Below are positions 52,050 to 64,000 of a DNA stretch of 64,000 nt, piece after piece; position 1 is the first letter of the stretch; every line of letters begins with the position of its first letter. The notes beneath the pieces are model-generated. The model was not told the origin of the DNA. It ran no database searches and worked only from the letters and a program-made list of their open reading frames with translations. A program made the translations under genes and the position numbers. The stretch comes from Sphyrna mokarran (taxonomy: Eukaryota): the NCBI GenBank assembly GCA_024679065.1, contig JAGIQG010000004.1, positions 75,268,001 through 75,332,000 on the forward strand. Direction: 5' to 3'.

Positions 52050-52730
52050 TTGGGCAGAGTATCCATTGGTATTCACTTAGCTCTTTTTGAAATGTAAGAA
52101 TGATCTGGATTTGGGTATGGGCAACATAATTTCAAAGTTTTCAGGTGATGCAAAATTTGGAAATGCAGTAGACGTGAGGATAAGAACAGACTTCTGGATG
52201 ACCTAGTCTGGTTAATGGGAAAAATAACCACTGAATTTTGTAGCAGATAAATGCAAAGTAATACATTTGGAAGGAAGTAATGCTGAAAGAGATTGGCACC
52301 TGGGTCTTCATGTACACAAATCGTTGGGTACCTGCTTTAAGAATGCTGTAAAAGTCTTAGATTGCTGAGGAAGTTTACTAAAATGCTATCTGATCTGAAA
52401 AACTTTAATCATATGGAGAACCAAGAGAAGCTGGACTTGCTCCTCAGCAATGGGAAATAAAAGGGAAGATTGAATAATAACATTCAAAGTTAGAAAGTTT
52501 TGATAAACTAAACAGGAAGAAACTTTCTACCAGCAGAATGGTTGATAACCATAGTTAACAAATTCAAGACAACATATGTATGTCAAGACAGGAAGTAGAT
52601 TGCAAAGTGACTTTAAAAAGAGAATTGATACATATTCCAATGGGGAAAAAGCAATGAGGTTGGGACTGTTTGGCCTGCCCTTTCAAGGATGTGGCACAAT
52701 CCCAATAGGACTGCACCAAATGATTCTAGG
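52050..52730 (+). mobile_element. Heavily degraded CR1 RT/3' fragment
   Basis: aatttcaaagttttcaggtgatgcaaaatttgg (ISKFxxDxKL-like) and gataaatgcaaagtaatacatttgg (DKCKVIH). Confidence 0.6.
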
Positions 52731-53431
52731 TCACTTTGGCCAAAGTAATTTTATGATCTGTTGATTTGTCTACAAATTATTTTTGCTGTAATGTTAAAGG
52801 ATGGATGGTTGCATGAAATAATCCTGTTTGGATATTGGGAATTACTACTTTTTTACAGCTATTGTGTGACAGTGGTTGTAGTCTGTGCTTATGTTTTAAT
52901 TAGGGAATCAGTGTGCAATAATATATTGATGCTTTGTTGAAAACTGTGCCTTTAAAAGTAGCATATCAGTTCACATCTTGATTGCTATTACCAACCAAAC
53001 CATCTGTAAAAATTTGAGCATTAGATGAAGATTTTAAATAAATGAGAGGGTTGCCAATTCTAATCATTGTACTCAGTTGTTAAAACCTAAGAGTTGGTCT
53101 CCGGTGTCTTACTGTTATTATAATTTGTGTATAACCGGATTGTTAGATTACATCCACAGTAGAAAACACACAACTCTCAAAAAAGGCTTGAAACTGGTTC
53201 CCTGCCCTCATAAATAGGCATGTGCAGTTTTCATTGAAGGGTACTGCACAATTCTTGCATTAAAACAAAATGACATTCTAAATTGCAACAGATCTGACAT
53301 TTTAAGAGCTCTATTTTAAATCATGGGATGATAATACCAACATTTTGACCAATTGCTCAGAGTTTTTAAAATGGTTTCTATGTCTAAATGAAAAGAATTT
53401 TTTTAGATCTATGCTAATGAATGTGCCATAA

Positions 53432-53700
53432 GTGGCACAGTGATTAGCACAGCTGCCTCACAGCACCAGGCCCCCAGGTTCAAATCCCAGCTTGAGTCAC
53501 TGTCAGTTCTCCCCATGTCTGCAGATGTCTGCTCTGGTTTCCTCCCACCATCTGAAAGATGTGCTGGTTAGGTGCATTGGCCATGCTAAATTGTCCCTCA
53601 GTGTAACTGAACAGGTGCCGGAGTGTGACAACTGGGGATTTTCCTAGTAACTTCATTGCAGTGTTAATGTAAGCCTGCTTATGACATTAATAAATAAATT
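53432..53700 (+). mobile_element. HE1-related tRNA-derived SINE with an alternative tail
   Basis: gtggcacagtgattagcac A box, ggttcaaatccc B box, ggtttcctcccac core, and tail ttcattgcagtgttaatgtaagcctgcttatgacattaataaataaa. Confidence 0.88.
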
Positions 53701-53819
53701 TCAAACATGACACTGAAAATAAATCCTTTCACTGTGCCTTTGGTTCCTCATGCTATTAAGTAATGGAAAACATCAGGCTTCTAGTTTGCTCGTTAGTTAC
53801 ACTAACAGTTGTATCAGTT

Positions 53820-54500
53820 GCAGAATGCTATGGTACAGAGGGAACTGGGTTTCCTTAGATGTGAATCACAAAAGGTTACCTTCCAGCAAGTGATTAAGAA
53901 GACAAGCAGGTTGAACATTGGCCTTTATTGCAAGGGGGTTGGGGTATAAAAGTTGGGGAGTCCTGCTGCTATACCAGACATTGTTGAGGCCATACCTAGA
54001 GTACTGAGTACAGTTTTTGTCTCCTTATTTAAGGTGAGATATGAAGTTAACTAAATCGATTTCTGGGATGAAGGGGCTATTTTATGAGGAAAGATTGGGC
54101 AGTTTGGAGTTAAAATCATTGGAGTTTAGAAGATTGAGGCGGTGACCTTATTGAAATGTAACATTCTGAGACAGCTTGACAGGATAATTGCTGAGAGGAT
54201 ATTTTCTCTCATGGGGAACTGGAGGGCAGAGTTTCAAAATAAGAGGTCCCCTTTTTAAGGCAGAGGAATTTATTTTCTCTAAGGGCCATTAACCTTTGGA
54301 ATTCTACCTCAGAGCAGTCAACACCAGGTTTCGAAGTCGAGTTAGATTTTTAATCGTCAAGAGAATTAAGGGTTGGTGAGTGTGGGAGTGATATTAGGTA
54401 GGAAAGTAGTGTTAAGTTCACAACCCAATCAGTCATGAGTTTATTGTATGGCAGAGTATGCCCAAAGGGCAAACTGCCTACTTGTATTTTGTATGTTATC
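53820..54500 (+). mobile_element. CR1 3' fragment
   Basis: LLLYQTLLRPYLEY*VQFLSPY and RGDLIE remnants, followed by a 3' tail. Confidence 0.8.
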
Positions 54501-54528
54501 CCAAAAGGCGTTGGCTAAATTCCCTTTG

Positions 54529-54649
54529 GGCGGAATTTTACCAGCATGTCCATCTGAGCATTGGACAATCCGACCTGAGGATGAGAACGCTTTTCTCCGA
54601 GCCTCGCCTGCCCCCAGAATCGGGGTGGACATGTTGCCAAAATTCTGGC
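54529..54649. mobile_element. Small MITE-like element with imperfect ~24-bp terminal inverted repeats
   Basis: Left cggaattttaccagcatgtccatc (54531-54554) versus the reverse complement of 54624-54647, cagaattttggcaacatgtccacc (19/24 identical). Interior is GC-rich. Confidence 0.65.
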
Positions 54650-55485
54650 ATTTATTTACTAGGAGAACCCATTTTGTAAACAATCTCTCCCATGTCCTGA
54701 ATAATCTGGAAAATATATCTGTAGCTACAATATATGGCTGTTTGCTACTGTGTTTAAATTAATAAAAAGTTTGCAGGGTATATTTTTAATCTCAGCCATC
54801 TGGTTAGTTGGCGCAAGATACTGATTAGGCAATGTCTATGCAAGGAGGGAAAAAGTATGTATACAGGCAATACTCATGGGGAAACAAGGCGCAGGACAGT
54901 AAACAGTCTTAGGAAGGATTATGTGGTTTCAAGAATTGAAAGAGGAGATCATTTAAAAAAAGACATAAAAATAACTTTAAAATATGCCATTCTTACCTCC
55001 TTAAATTTGAAAATGAGACAAAGAAGGGTTATTGGGAATGGACAGGGGAATAGCTAAATAAATGTTTTTTTTTCCAGAGAGCCGATGTGCTTTGGTCAAA
55101 TAAGTTTTTTTGTTCTATAATGAACTAGATTTCTATAAATTCTTAATACTAGGAACAATAGTTTGTTTATTCAGCAAGTATAAAGTCAAAAATGGTGACA
55201 ACTGTGTGCTCCTCATATTTCTCTGATTCCATCAGTTAATGTAAACAAATAAGTATTCACATAAGTCATTAGAGAAAATGTGAATTGTCATAAAAACTGC
55301 AAATGAACTTCAATGTTTCCACTTCAGGGAATAAATGTATACCAAATTGCCATTTGTAGAACAGTTAAACAAATCTAATTCATAGAATTTATAAAATTAA
55401 AATGCAAAATTCTCATATTGTAATCGAGGCCAAAATGTATGGAATCTACTGTGACAATGATTAGCATGGAGAAGAGTTTTTATCC

Positions 55486-55680
55486 CATAAGATTTAGAAG
55501 TAGAATTAAGCCATTTGGCCCATCAAGTCTGCTCTGCTATTCAATCATGGCTGATACTCCTTATAACCTTTGATCCCTTTATTGATCAAGAACCTACCTA
55601 TCTCTGTCTTAAAGATACTCAATGACGTGGCCTCCACAATCTCTGTGGCATTGAGTTTCACAGATTCACCACCCTCTGGT
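55486..55680 (-). mobile_element. CR1 3' tail fragment
   Basis: cataag...gccatttggcccatcaagtctgctctgctattcaatcatggctgat...cacagattcaccaccctctgg. Confidence 0.75.
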
Positions 55681-55914
55681 GTACAGTTCAGCACTGACTG
55701 GAGGGTGAGTTCTTGAGAGTGTAAGAAGTATCAACGGGTGAGACTGTGTAATATCAGGGGTGTCGGATTCATTAAAAATTTTGCAAGTCAATGAGTTGAA
55801 CATAGACCTTAATAGACATATCTTCACTTCATGCCGGCTATGGTGACATTTCTCTGCTAGTCACACTTTGTAAATAGGACTTCCCATCCTGTTTGGCAAT
55901 GGTTCTTTGGAAGA

Positions 55915-56280
55915 AGAGGGTGGTATAATGGCTGTCACTGAATCAGTGTTCCAGATGCCCAGGCTGATGCTCAGGGGACACAAATTCAAATCGCATAATG
56001 GCAACTGGTGGAATTTAAGTTAAATTAATACAATCCAGATTTGAAAACCAGTCTCGACGATAATGACTGTACAACTATCATTGTAAAAATCCTCCCTGCT
56101 TTACTCATGTCGTTTAGGGAAGGAAATCTGCCACCTTTACTTGATGTAGCTCACAGATTCATAGTAATGTGTTTGACTTGCAATTGCCTCATAAAGTGGC
56201 TCAACATGCAGTTGAAGGTGAATTAGAGATGGGCAACAAAAGTGGACCTTGATAATGACACTCACATCCCATGAAAGAAT
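55915..56280 (+). mobile_element. tRNA-derived SINE, same family as 22449-22800
   Basis: Shared blocks ctggtggaatttaa, tttagggaaggaaatctgcc and cacatcccatgaaagaat. Confidence 0.8.
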
Positions 56281-59127
56281 ATACTTTTAATGAAATGAAT
56301 GAATAACTGCACCTACATTTCCAAGTCAGTGATTCAGTGGGCTGAAGAAGTATTTGAAATTGGTAATAGTCTCATGCACCTGCTGCCCTTATCTATCCAT
56401 TACAGGAACTCTAGATACAGAAGGAATGCAAAATACCATAAATTGTTCTCCTTGCTTGACAGCTACTATTGGCTTTACCAATATTTAGCAATTAAAATAA
56501 AAAGTAAAAAAACACATGAAATGTGAATTGGTCACTCACACAACTTAAAATCTGGATGACCAATTGTAAACATATTTATATAAAAACATTGAAATAAAAA
56601 TAATTATTTAAACCACATTGCTAAATTATAGAAACGCTGTATAGTGTGACAACAGTACCAAAAACTTGAAGACAGCTTAACCTTGGGCTCATGGTTCGAA
56701 ATTAATTGGAGGATCACAGATGTTTCTGGATTTACCTGGGTGGCTAGGTTTGCTGCCCGAGTGGAACAGAATAGTGCAAGATCACTAAGAGGTCCATTCC
56801 TACAATGTGAAAATTCTAACTTTTTTTTAATTTTGCAGAGTTCAATTGAAGATCAGAGCCCTGCCATTCTTGCTCCTCCAGATTCCACAAACAGGTTAAG
56901 TGATTAAACAAAAAAACTTACTTTGCTGTTTAGGATGCACGAAGGCCATTTTGCTTGAGTACAACCAGCACTCCAGGCAAAATATCCTGCAGCAAGGGGT
57001 CTCACACTGGTATGTTTTAACTGAGTGCATTGCAAGCTGATATTATGGCCTTTACCAATATGGTAGGAGATGCATTTCCAGCTCACTGAGTGTGCTCTCT
57101 CTGTCCTCTATACCGGAAGCTATTCACTACCTGAGAAACATATGCTGTGTGGCTGGATTTCTAGGCTGCTGTCCTATCTCTAGCAATGTTATTAAGTGTT
57201 GCTGAAGTATTCTATTATTTAGAAGAAGCTGCATGTGCCTAATGCAAACCTTTAACGGTTTTTCCATTGCAGCACGAGTGACTCTGATCAATCTTCTGAT
57301 ATTAGTTCAGGAAAAGTATTTTTTGAAGCAGTGTTGCAGTTTTAAGAAAGCTTTTCTATGTATGGGATTTTATTTTATCGCATATGAAGCTGATCTCATT
57401 CCTAGTGGTTCTAAGCCACATGTAGCTAGAAGGTTCAAGTTCTGATATGTGATTCACCCTGAGCTAACTTCTCCACTGAGCCAATGCTCTACAATTGACA
57501 ACATGTATCCAGGACTAAGAAAGCAAATAATAAACAAGATTTCCAACTCCTGAGTTGTTGTCCAGTGATTTGCGAGACCTCTGCAACGTTTTTTGTGATT
57601 GAACCTGAGTGCATAAAGAAATTCAGAAATATCATTTGCATTTCAGTTGTCCACACTGCAAAGCTCCCTGGGACATGCAATTAATCTAAAGGTGGTTTCC
57701 TGTTAACTTAGAAATGTTGTTTATGCGCAAATTAATTCCCTTTCCAAGTTGACAGTCTGGGATTTCCACAAATTGTTGTGCAGTTGCAACCATGTCAGTG
57801 AGACACCACAAATAGTTTGCATGTTCTTAAAACTTCAGAAGTTCTACGAATGTGCCAAACCTTCTAAATATAGTAAAATGGCACAGCGCTGTAATAAATT
57901 CATTTGCAGAGTGTTTATAATTTGCGTCTTATAATTCATTATTCTGATCATTTCAGCTTCCCTGCTATCTTTCACTGTTTACTGATGGGCAGTAATTCTG
58001 AATGACAATCTTTTAAAACTTTGTGCTCCTTGAATACTATTCCAAAAAGACATTTTATTCAGTCCCTTGGGTCTGCAGGATTCTATTCTAAGTTCCGAAG
58101 AATTGCAGGCAGACTTTAGGAACAGTTCCCTTTGGGCACCAAGATTTCCGGCATAAATAAAATGTTTGCATTAGCTACACAGTGCTCTAATAATACCTTC
58201 TGGAGCAAACAATGTTTTGCTTACCATTTTTACTGGGAAGAGATGTTATTCTGTATCAGTCACTGTTGTGACTGACATCATGGCAGATGAAAATTGCAGA
58301 ATAGTAAAATATGAACATGCACCTTGTAAATCAACCTTGGTGGGTACTGGGAATACAGGAGGACACAGACCAACTTTGTATGCCCATCTTTCAACATGAT
58401 AAGTTGAACTGCATATCTATCCATCAGATCATTATTATCCATTTAATGTTATAATCTCACTTAGATTCTATAAACAGTCAAGGACTGCGGAGCACAAAAT
58501 AAATTCACAACAGGAAAAGTCAGGTGGAATCTCTTTAAGAGCAAAAATGAAGAATAAATAATGAAAAAGATAATGTCTGCAAACTGGGTAAATGGGTTCA
58601 AAAGGACATCGGAACTGAATTTTGCAGGAAAAACACCAGTAAGCCTGACTGTTATTAACGAGTTAATTTCACACCTTCCAGGAATTACACATACGGTGTG
58701 GAAAAAAGGGTGCGGCTTTTTTTTTACGTTGCTCTGCTTTTCCAGAAGCTTTCATAGAACACAATCATATCAAGAGACTTGGAATTGAAAGTTCTAAATA
58801 GGTATGACATTACAGTACGACACAGTGCATACTCAGTGTTCCAAAAAAACTCAGGACTTGTTCATTCAGTATAATTGAATGTGTGATCAGTCTTAATTAC
58901 CTGCCAAATAACCTTTCTGGCCCTAAGAATTAACTTTCACAAATGTGGTCATCCATTTCTACATGTTCAGTTATTGTTAGAGACTTAAAATGTAGATAAT
59001 AAACATTTTAAAATATTCTTTCAGCCTTTTATTTCTCTCTGTTAACCTTGCCTTTCCTTCCTACTCTTTATTTTGACACCTGGCACTTCCTGGTTTAGTT
59101 TCTGTGTAGTTAAGGAGGTGCACAGTT

Positions 59128-59735
59128 ATAGAGTCATAGAGCAACAAAGCATGGAAACAAGCCTTTTGGCCTAATCAGTCCATATCACCATGGTGTACTC
59201 CCAGCTAGTTCCAATTGCCCCCCGCCCCACTTTGACTCATATCTGTCTCATCCTTTTTTATCCATATACTTATCCAAATGCTTTTTAAGTGTTGCTACTG
59301 GACTTATTCAGCCATTTTCTCTGGCAGCTCATTCCATATACGCACCACATCTACATGGAAGAAGCTGCCTCCCAGATCCTTTTGAATCTTTCCCATCTCA
59401 CATTAAGTCTATACCCTTAAGTTTTCAATTTCCCTTCCCTGGAAAAAAGATTGTGTGTTCATCCTATCTATGCCTCTTAAGATTTTGTACCTTTTGATAA
59501 GGTCACACCTCATTCTCCTACATTCCAAGACCTAGCCTGACTAACCTCTCCCCATAAGTCTTTCCAGTTTATCAATATCTTTCCTATAGTAAGGTGACCA
59601 AAATTGTACATAATACTCCAAGCATGGCCTCACTAATGACTTGTACAACCATAACATAATGTCCCAATTTCTATTCTCAGTGCCTAGACTGATGTAGGCC
59701 AGTGAGCTAAATGCCTTCTTCACCATCCTGACTTG
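59128..59735 (-). mobile_element. CR1 3' fragment
   Basis: Minus ORF LWLYKSLVRPCLEYYVQFWSPYYRKDIDKLER. Tail atagagtcatagag. Confidence 0.85.
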
Positions 59736-60541
59736 ATCATGCAAATTCTAGATTCTCAAATAGCTTTCTGAAACGACATGTACCAATGTAAAATCCCACA
59801 CAAAGTCAATAGATAATCGTAAATGTAATGAATGGCTTGTGCTGAGCACAAGATCTGCCCAAATCTGTTTAGAGTTTGAAAGAGGGAAGTAATCTAAGTA
59901 CATGAGGGGAAGTTATCAAAATTGAAGATTATTAGGCCAAATACCCTTGAACATTTTCATGATTTATACACCACAGAGGAACAGTCTTCATGTGAAAATA
60001 TTTAGCAGAGCATTTTGCTTGTACGTCAATACATGCAATATGATCATATAAATCATGCCAAAATGTGGCAGTATATTAATGTAATTGAATTATCAAAAAT
60101 TCCAAAAAAGTTTGGTTTTATGAAAACAATAAACCTTCCAGAATTCATAAGAATGGTCAATAAAACCTAAGCTTATTCTTTCTGAACTCATTAAATTCTC
60201 GTTAATGAAAACTGGGAGAAGATCTGATTTTCCCACTCATGGGAACAAGGGATTTCTGAAAATACAAATTTGTTTAAAGAAGAACTTTGCTCCTTACGTC
60301 ATAGGCACTAATGTCTTAATTGGGGTCAGAGGCAAATGGCACTAACAATACATACAAATCTGAAACCTTATTGTGATATTGACATTAGAGCAATTTTTAA
60401 AATCAACATTGTCATGTTGGTCAATTTGTCACTTGGACTGTTTTCCCGTGGCAGGTGAGAAACAATTTTGGGGGGAGTTTTTTTTTGAGGTTCAAGTGGA
60501 ATAATTTTAGTAAACAGCTTGACACTTCAGCAGCCAAAATC

Positions 60542-61612
60542 TTAGATTGCAAGATCATCTGATCTGGTCCGGTTACTCTGTTTGCTGGTGTCACTGTTCC
60601 TCCTCTTGCCAGTCACACAAACTTGGCTGTTGGGTAATGCACAGGTCTCCTCCTGACTCCCCCGCTTGTCTTTCATCATGGCAAAATTGTCTTGGTTTTG
60701 CTTCATTGCCATATTGCCGTTGTAAGTGTGGCACATGGAGTTTGTTTCTGTCAGAGGGGAGACACTGAAGCCAGACTCCACCTTGTATAGTTGGGACCCA
60801 CTGTGATTGGCAAAGTACTGATAACTCGGGGCACAGGGTTTCATCCTCTCAATTGGCAGCAGCCCATTCTGCTTACAGGTGGCCTTTGAGACTTGGTTGT
60901 CCTTCCTGCTTTTCCTATATTTCTTAAGTCCTAGATGAAATATTTCAATTAGGTTCAAAAATAGTGAGAGACAAGCCATAGCCAGCATGAATATAATGAA
61001 AACTGTTTTCTCTGTTGGACGGGAGATGTAACAGTCCACGGTGTTGGGGCATGGCAGGTAGCTACATTTGTACAGAGGTTTTAGCTCAAAGCCGTAGAGA
61101 TAGTACTGGGCCAGGATGAAGCCAACTTCAAAAAGGGTTTTAAAAATAATGTTAAATAAGTAAGTGCGAAGAAGAGCTCCTTGTAGTCTAACTTTGCTCT
61201 GTTCATCCAGCAAGGAACATTTGGTTTTCTTGGCATTCTGTGCCAACGCCTCCTTTTCTTCAGGTTCTTGCCTACTCAGCTTCTCTTTTTCCTTCTGTTT
61301 CTCCTCCATTCGCACCAGATGGAGGATGTGGCCCAGGTAGACCAGTGTGGGAGTGGACACAAAAATGATCTGAAGCACCCAGAAGCGGATGTGGGAGATG
61401 GGGAAGATCCTGTCGTAGCAGACGTTCTGACAGCCGGGTTGTTTGGTATCACAGGAAAAGAAGACCTGCTCATCTCCCCAGACCTTTTCAGTGGCCGTCC
61501 CCAGCACCAGAATTCGGAAAATGAACAGGCATGTTAACCACACCTTTCCTACCACAGTAGAGTGCTGCTGGGCACTTTCCAATAGGTTTCCCAAGAGACT
61601 CCAGTCTCCCAT
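60542..61612 (-). CDS. gja2: Alpha-group gap junction protein (connexin), GJA3-related, probably the gja2/Cx39.9 lineage
   Basis: Intact 356-aa ORF starting [26 protein letters not shown]. Loop cysteines follow C-x6-C-x3-C and C-x4-C-x5-C. Has [19 protein letters not shown] and SRPTEKT motifs and a PDZ-type end DDLAI. The connexin call is secure. The paralogue symbol rests on recalled motifs ([28 protein letters not shown]) and synteny, and is less certain. Confidence 0.85.
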   Translation of the reverse strand: MGDWSLLGNLLESAQQHSTVVGKVWLTCLFIFRILVLGTATEKVWGDEQVFFSCDTKQPGCQNVCYDRIFPISHIRFWVLQIIFVSTPTLVYLGHILHLVRMEEKQKEKEKLSRQEPEEKEALAQNAKKTKCSLLDEQSKVRLQGALLRTYLFNIIFKTLFEVGFILAQYYLYGFELKPLYKCSYLPCPNTVDCYISRPTEKTVFIIFMLAMACLSLFLNLIEIFHLGLKKYRKSRKDNQVSKATCKQNGLLPIERMKPCAPSYQYFANHSGSQLYKVESGFSVSPLTETNSMCHTYNGNMAMKQNQDNFAMMKDKRGSQEETCALPNSQVCVTGKRRNSDTSKQSNRTRSDDLAI

Positions 61613-61680
61613 TCTTTCCTGCTTTTAGCTTCACTGGGGAAAATGGCAGGGGGTGGGTGGTGGGATGAAGAAAAAAGAAA
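61613..61680 (-). other. Splice acceptor of the connexin coding exon plus 21 nt of 5' UTR
   Basis: Minus strand reads tttcttttttcttcatcccaccacccaccccctgccattttccccAG|tgaagctaaaagcaggaaagaATG, with AG at 61635-61634. This fits the usual connexin layout of a non-coding first exon and one coding exon. Confidence 0.8.
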
Positions 61681-62674
61681 AGTTTGTTATTATATCTCAG
61701 TTCCCTTAGACTACATTATTGTTCATGTTATTGATTCCTGCATTGTGAGTTCCCATCTCAAACAAGGGGAAATTAAAGTTCCTGAAGAATACACAAGACA
61801 TAAAGTTTACCAATTCTAAGTGGCCCTAATGAAAGGTCACTGACCTTGGGTAGAATCTTCTCAAAAATCCTTCGTTGGGTAGCAAGGTCAGTTGAGAGGG
61901 ACTTCCGCTGTAATACTGGAAGGAGGAGAGAATCACGAGACAGCATGTGGAAGAGTTAGCCAATTAAGGAAGGCAGATTGGCCTTCCATGAGGCCTACCC
62001 ACTCAGGGGCCAAAAGACAGCAAGGGAAAACACCAGCATGATTCAATTTTGGCATTCTCACAGGAGTGATAGAAAGGCCAGATCAACCGAGAAGATTGGG
62101 GGGGGGCGGGGGGGGTGTCTTTTCCACTGCTGAAATCCTCTTTTAAATGCCATGGAGAACTAATGCTGTGCCTTTCTCCAAATTCTGGGTTGCCAACTTG
62201 GAGTCTGTCTCCAGGCAGCTGGAGTCCTCCCCATGTGGCAGGACAGGTTCAAATGGTAAATAAAAATTATAAGCTCAAATAAAATGGATTATTGGCTTTG
62301 TGGAGCACATTTCCACCACTGAAAATGGTCACACATGTGCAAACACAAGGGAAGTTTGCACATACCCTAAGGTAAGGACTAATGTCTCTAAGGTAGGATG
62401 GAGGCCATAGTGATGAAAAATACTATACTGTAATTAAGTTACCTCCTTTCAGTGACTACAACTTGAAGTGAAATGACTGGATTTATTCAGTGTATAGGGC
62501 AGGCAATGTGAAAACATAAATAATGCATAAATAAGAAAAGCATAAAGTAATCAAAAACAAGCAAAAGATGTAACAAAAAAAAATGCCTTATTCCAGTTTG
62601 GACATTTCACTTCTTTCAGGACATTCTTTGTGATGCCTAAACTCATTCCGCAGAGTGGACACGAGGTGGACTGG

Positions 62675-62815
62675 AGTGCAGATTAGATGCATTGGCCATG
62701 CTACATTTTCCTCGATGTACCTGAACAAGTGCCGGAGTGTGGTGATGAGAGGATTTTCACAGTAACTTCATTAGTGTTAATGTAAGCCTACTTGCGACAC
62801 AAATAAATAAACTTT
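62675..62815 (+). mobile_element. 3' part of a SINE of the same family as 53432-53700
   Basis: tgcattggccatgcta...gtgccggagtgtg...gtgttaatgtaagcctacttgcgacacaaataaataaa. Confidence 0.8.
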
Positions 62816-63769
62816 AAAATACCTGTATCTAATGTAACACTATGATTTACACTGTTCTTTTATATCATTACACGGTACTGGGAGTTGATCAGCTTCATTG
62901 GCTAGAATGTGATACAGAATGACACCAACAGCACTGGTTCAATCCCCGTACTAGCTGCCACATTGCCTTGCCCCGTGCTTGATATAGAATGGGGCCTCTC
63001 ATGCTAAAAACCTACTTGTCTTCCCCTTACATGATAGTTCCTTGCAGACCATGGATAATTACCTACACATTCATAGTAAAGAAGAAAATTTCAGCTGCAC
63101 ATATGTTTATGATTGCATTCATTTAAGAACCTATTACTGTTTCAAATGTATCTGAATTTGGACAAATGCAAAGAGTAGCGCACCTTCCTCTGAATACATT
63201 TGAGGTGAAAAGCACCCTTCACCGAAAAGCTTTAAAAGTATGTACGTAAAACTGCAGAATTTAAATGCTGAATTACAAAAGGTCATGTGAACAATGGGGC
63301 TGCAGTCACAGAAACTGGTGGAGATAAACATAGGACAGCAACAAAATACAGCCTCTGGTGTGGATTGATAGCAGATGTTATCTAAACCAGATGACAGCTA
63401 AATTCATTCCAGCGGTAATCAGAGAAAGCCATCTTAAATGTTTAGGAGCAGAGACGCAGAAATCAAGTAACTAGGCTGAAAATAATCATTTCTGACCTTT
63501 CGTGCCAATGTTTGGTTATCTTCGTACTTTTGATTGGAGTATTAAAGCTGACACAAAGAATTGAATTATTATTCTCAGATATGAGAATAATATCTCATAT
63601 ATTATTGAGTCATATATGGGTCGCTCTTTTGATGCAATTATAATTCGTTGGTAATTACAGGAAAAAGCAACCCTATGACAACCAGATGCTCATGAAAGCT
63701 GACAGTCTGGGACTCGATGTAAAAGCCCCTCAGAAATCTTGATTTTTCAGTGCTTTAATACATATAAAT

Positions 63770-63980
63770 ACACAAATTAGGAACAGGAATGGACCATTCA
63801 AGGTCTCAAGCCTGCTCTATTTGATCAGGTCATAACTGATCTGATTATGGCCTCAATACCACTTTTCCATTTATCCCTCCACCTTTTGACTCCCTTGTCT
63901 ATCAAGAATTTATTTAACTCAGCCTTTAAAAGATTCAATGATCCAGCCTCCACTACTCTTGGGAGAAGAGAATTCAGACT
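63770..63980 (-). mobile_element. CR1 3' tail fragment
   Basis: ttaggaacaggaatggaccattc...agcctgctc...ctgatctg and cagcctccactactcttgggagaagagaattc. Confidence 0.7.
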
Positions 63981-64000
63981 ATTATAAAATCCCTACAGTA

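Noticed and set aside
53432-53500. tRNA gene (also at 29770-29842, 22449-22525 and about 62880-62950)
   Set aside because: In most copies the A/B boxes run straight into SINE bodies, and I see no intact cloverleaf. These are tRNA-derived SINE heads.
60547-61628. Short ORFs overlapping the connexin on the other strand or frame
   Set aside because: They are shadow ORFs of a real coding sequence with no recognisable features. The same applies to most other 60-110 aa ORFs in the track.

Overview
Eukaryotic genomic DNA, very probably from a shark or ray, judged by HE1-type tRNA SINEs and dense CR1-clade LINEs. The + strand carries the 3' half of ZMYM3: 13 coding exons between 2703 and 38008. By my phase count they join into one open frame of 1971 nt (656 aa plus stop), running from the last MYM zinc finger through a Pro-rich linker to the Crypton-derived DUF3504 domain. 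One intron has a GC donor. A probable ~4.6 kb 3' UTR follows, ending near AATAAA at 42596. The - strand carries a convergent single-coding-exon alpha connexin (60542-61612), most like the GJA3-related gja2/Cx39.9 lineage. Introns and intergenic DNA hold CR1 LINEs of several ages (two young, near-identical copies lie inverted around one exon), SINEs, a Buster/SPIN-type hAT transposase fossil, a MITE-like element and a perfect 14-bp minisatellite. I found no demonstrably new biological system. The best leads are the inverted young CR1 pair around the penultimate ZMYM3 exon, the ZMYM3-alpha connexin arrangement absent from human, and the GC-AG intron. Gene and repeat names come from recalled family motifs, not from database searches, and repeat boundaries are approximate.
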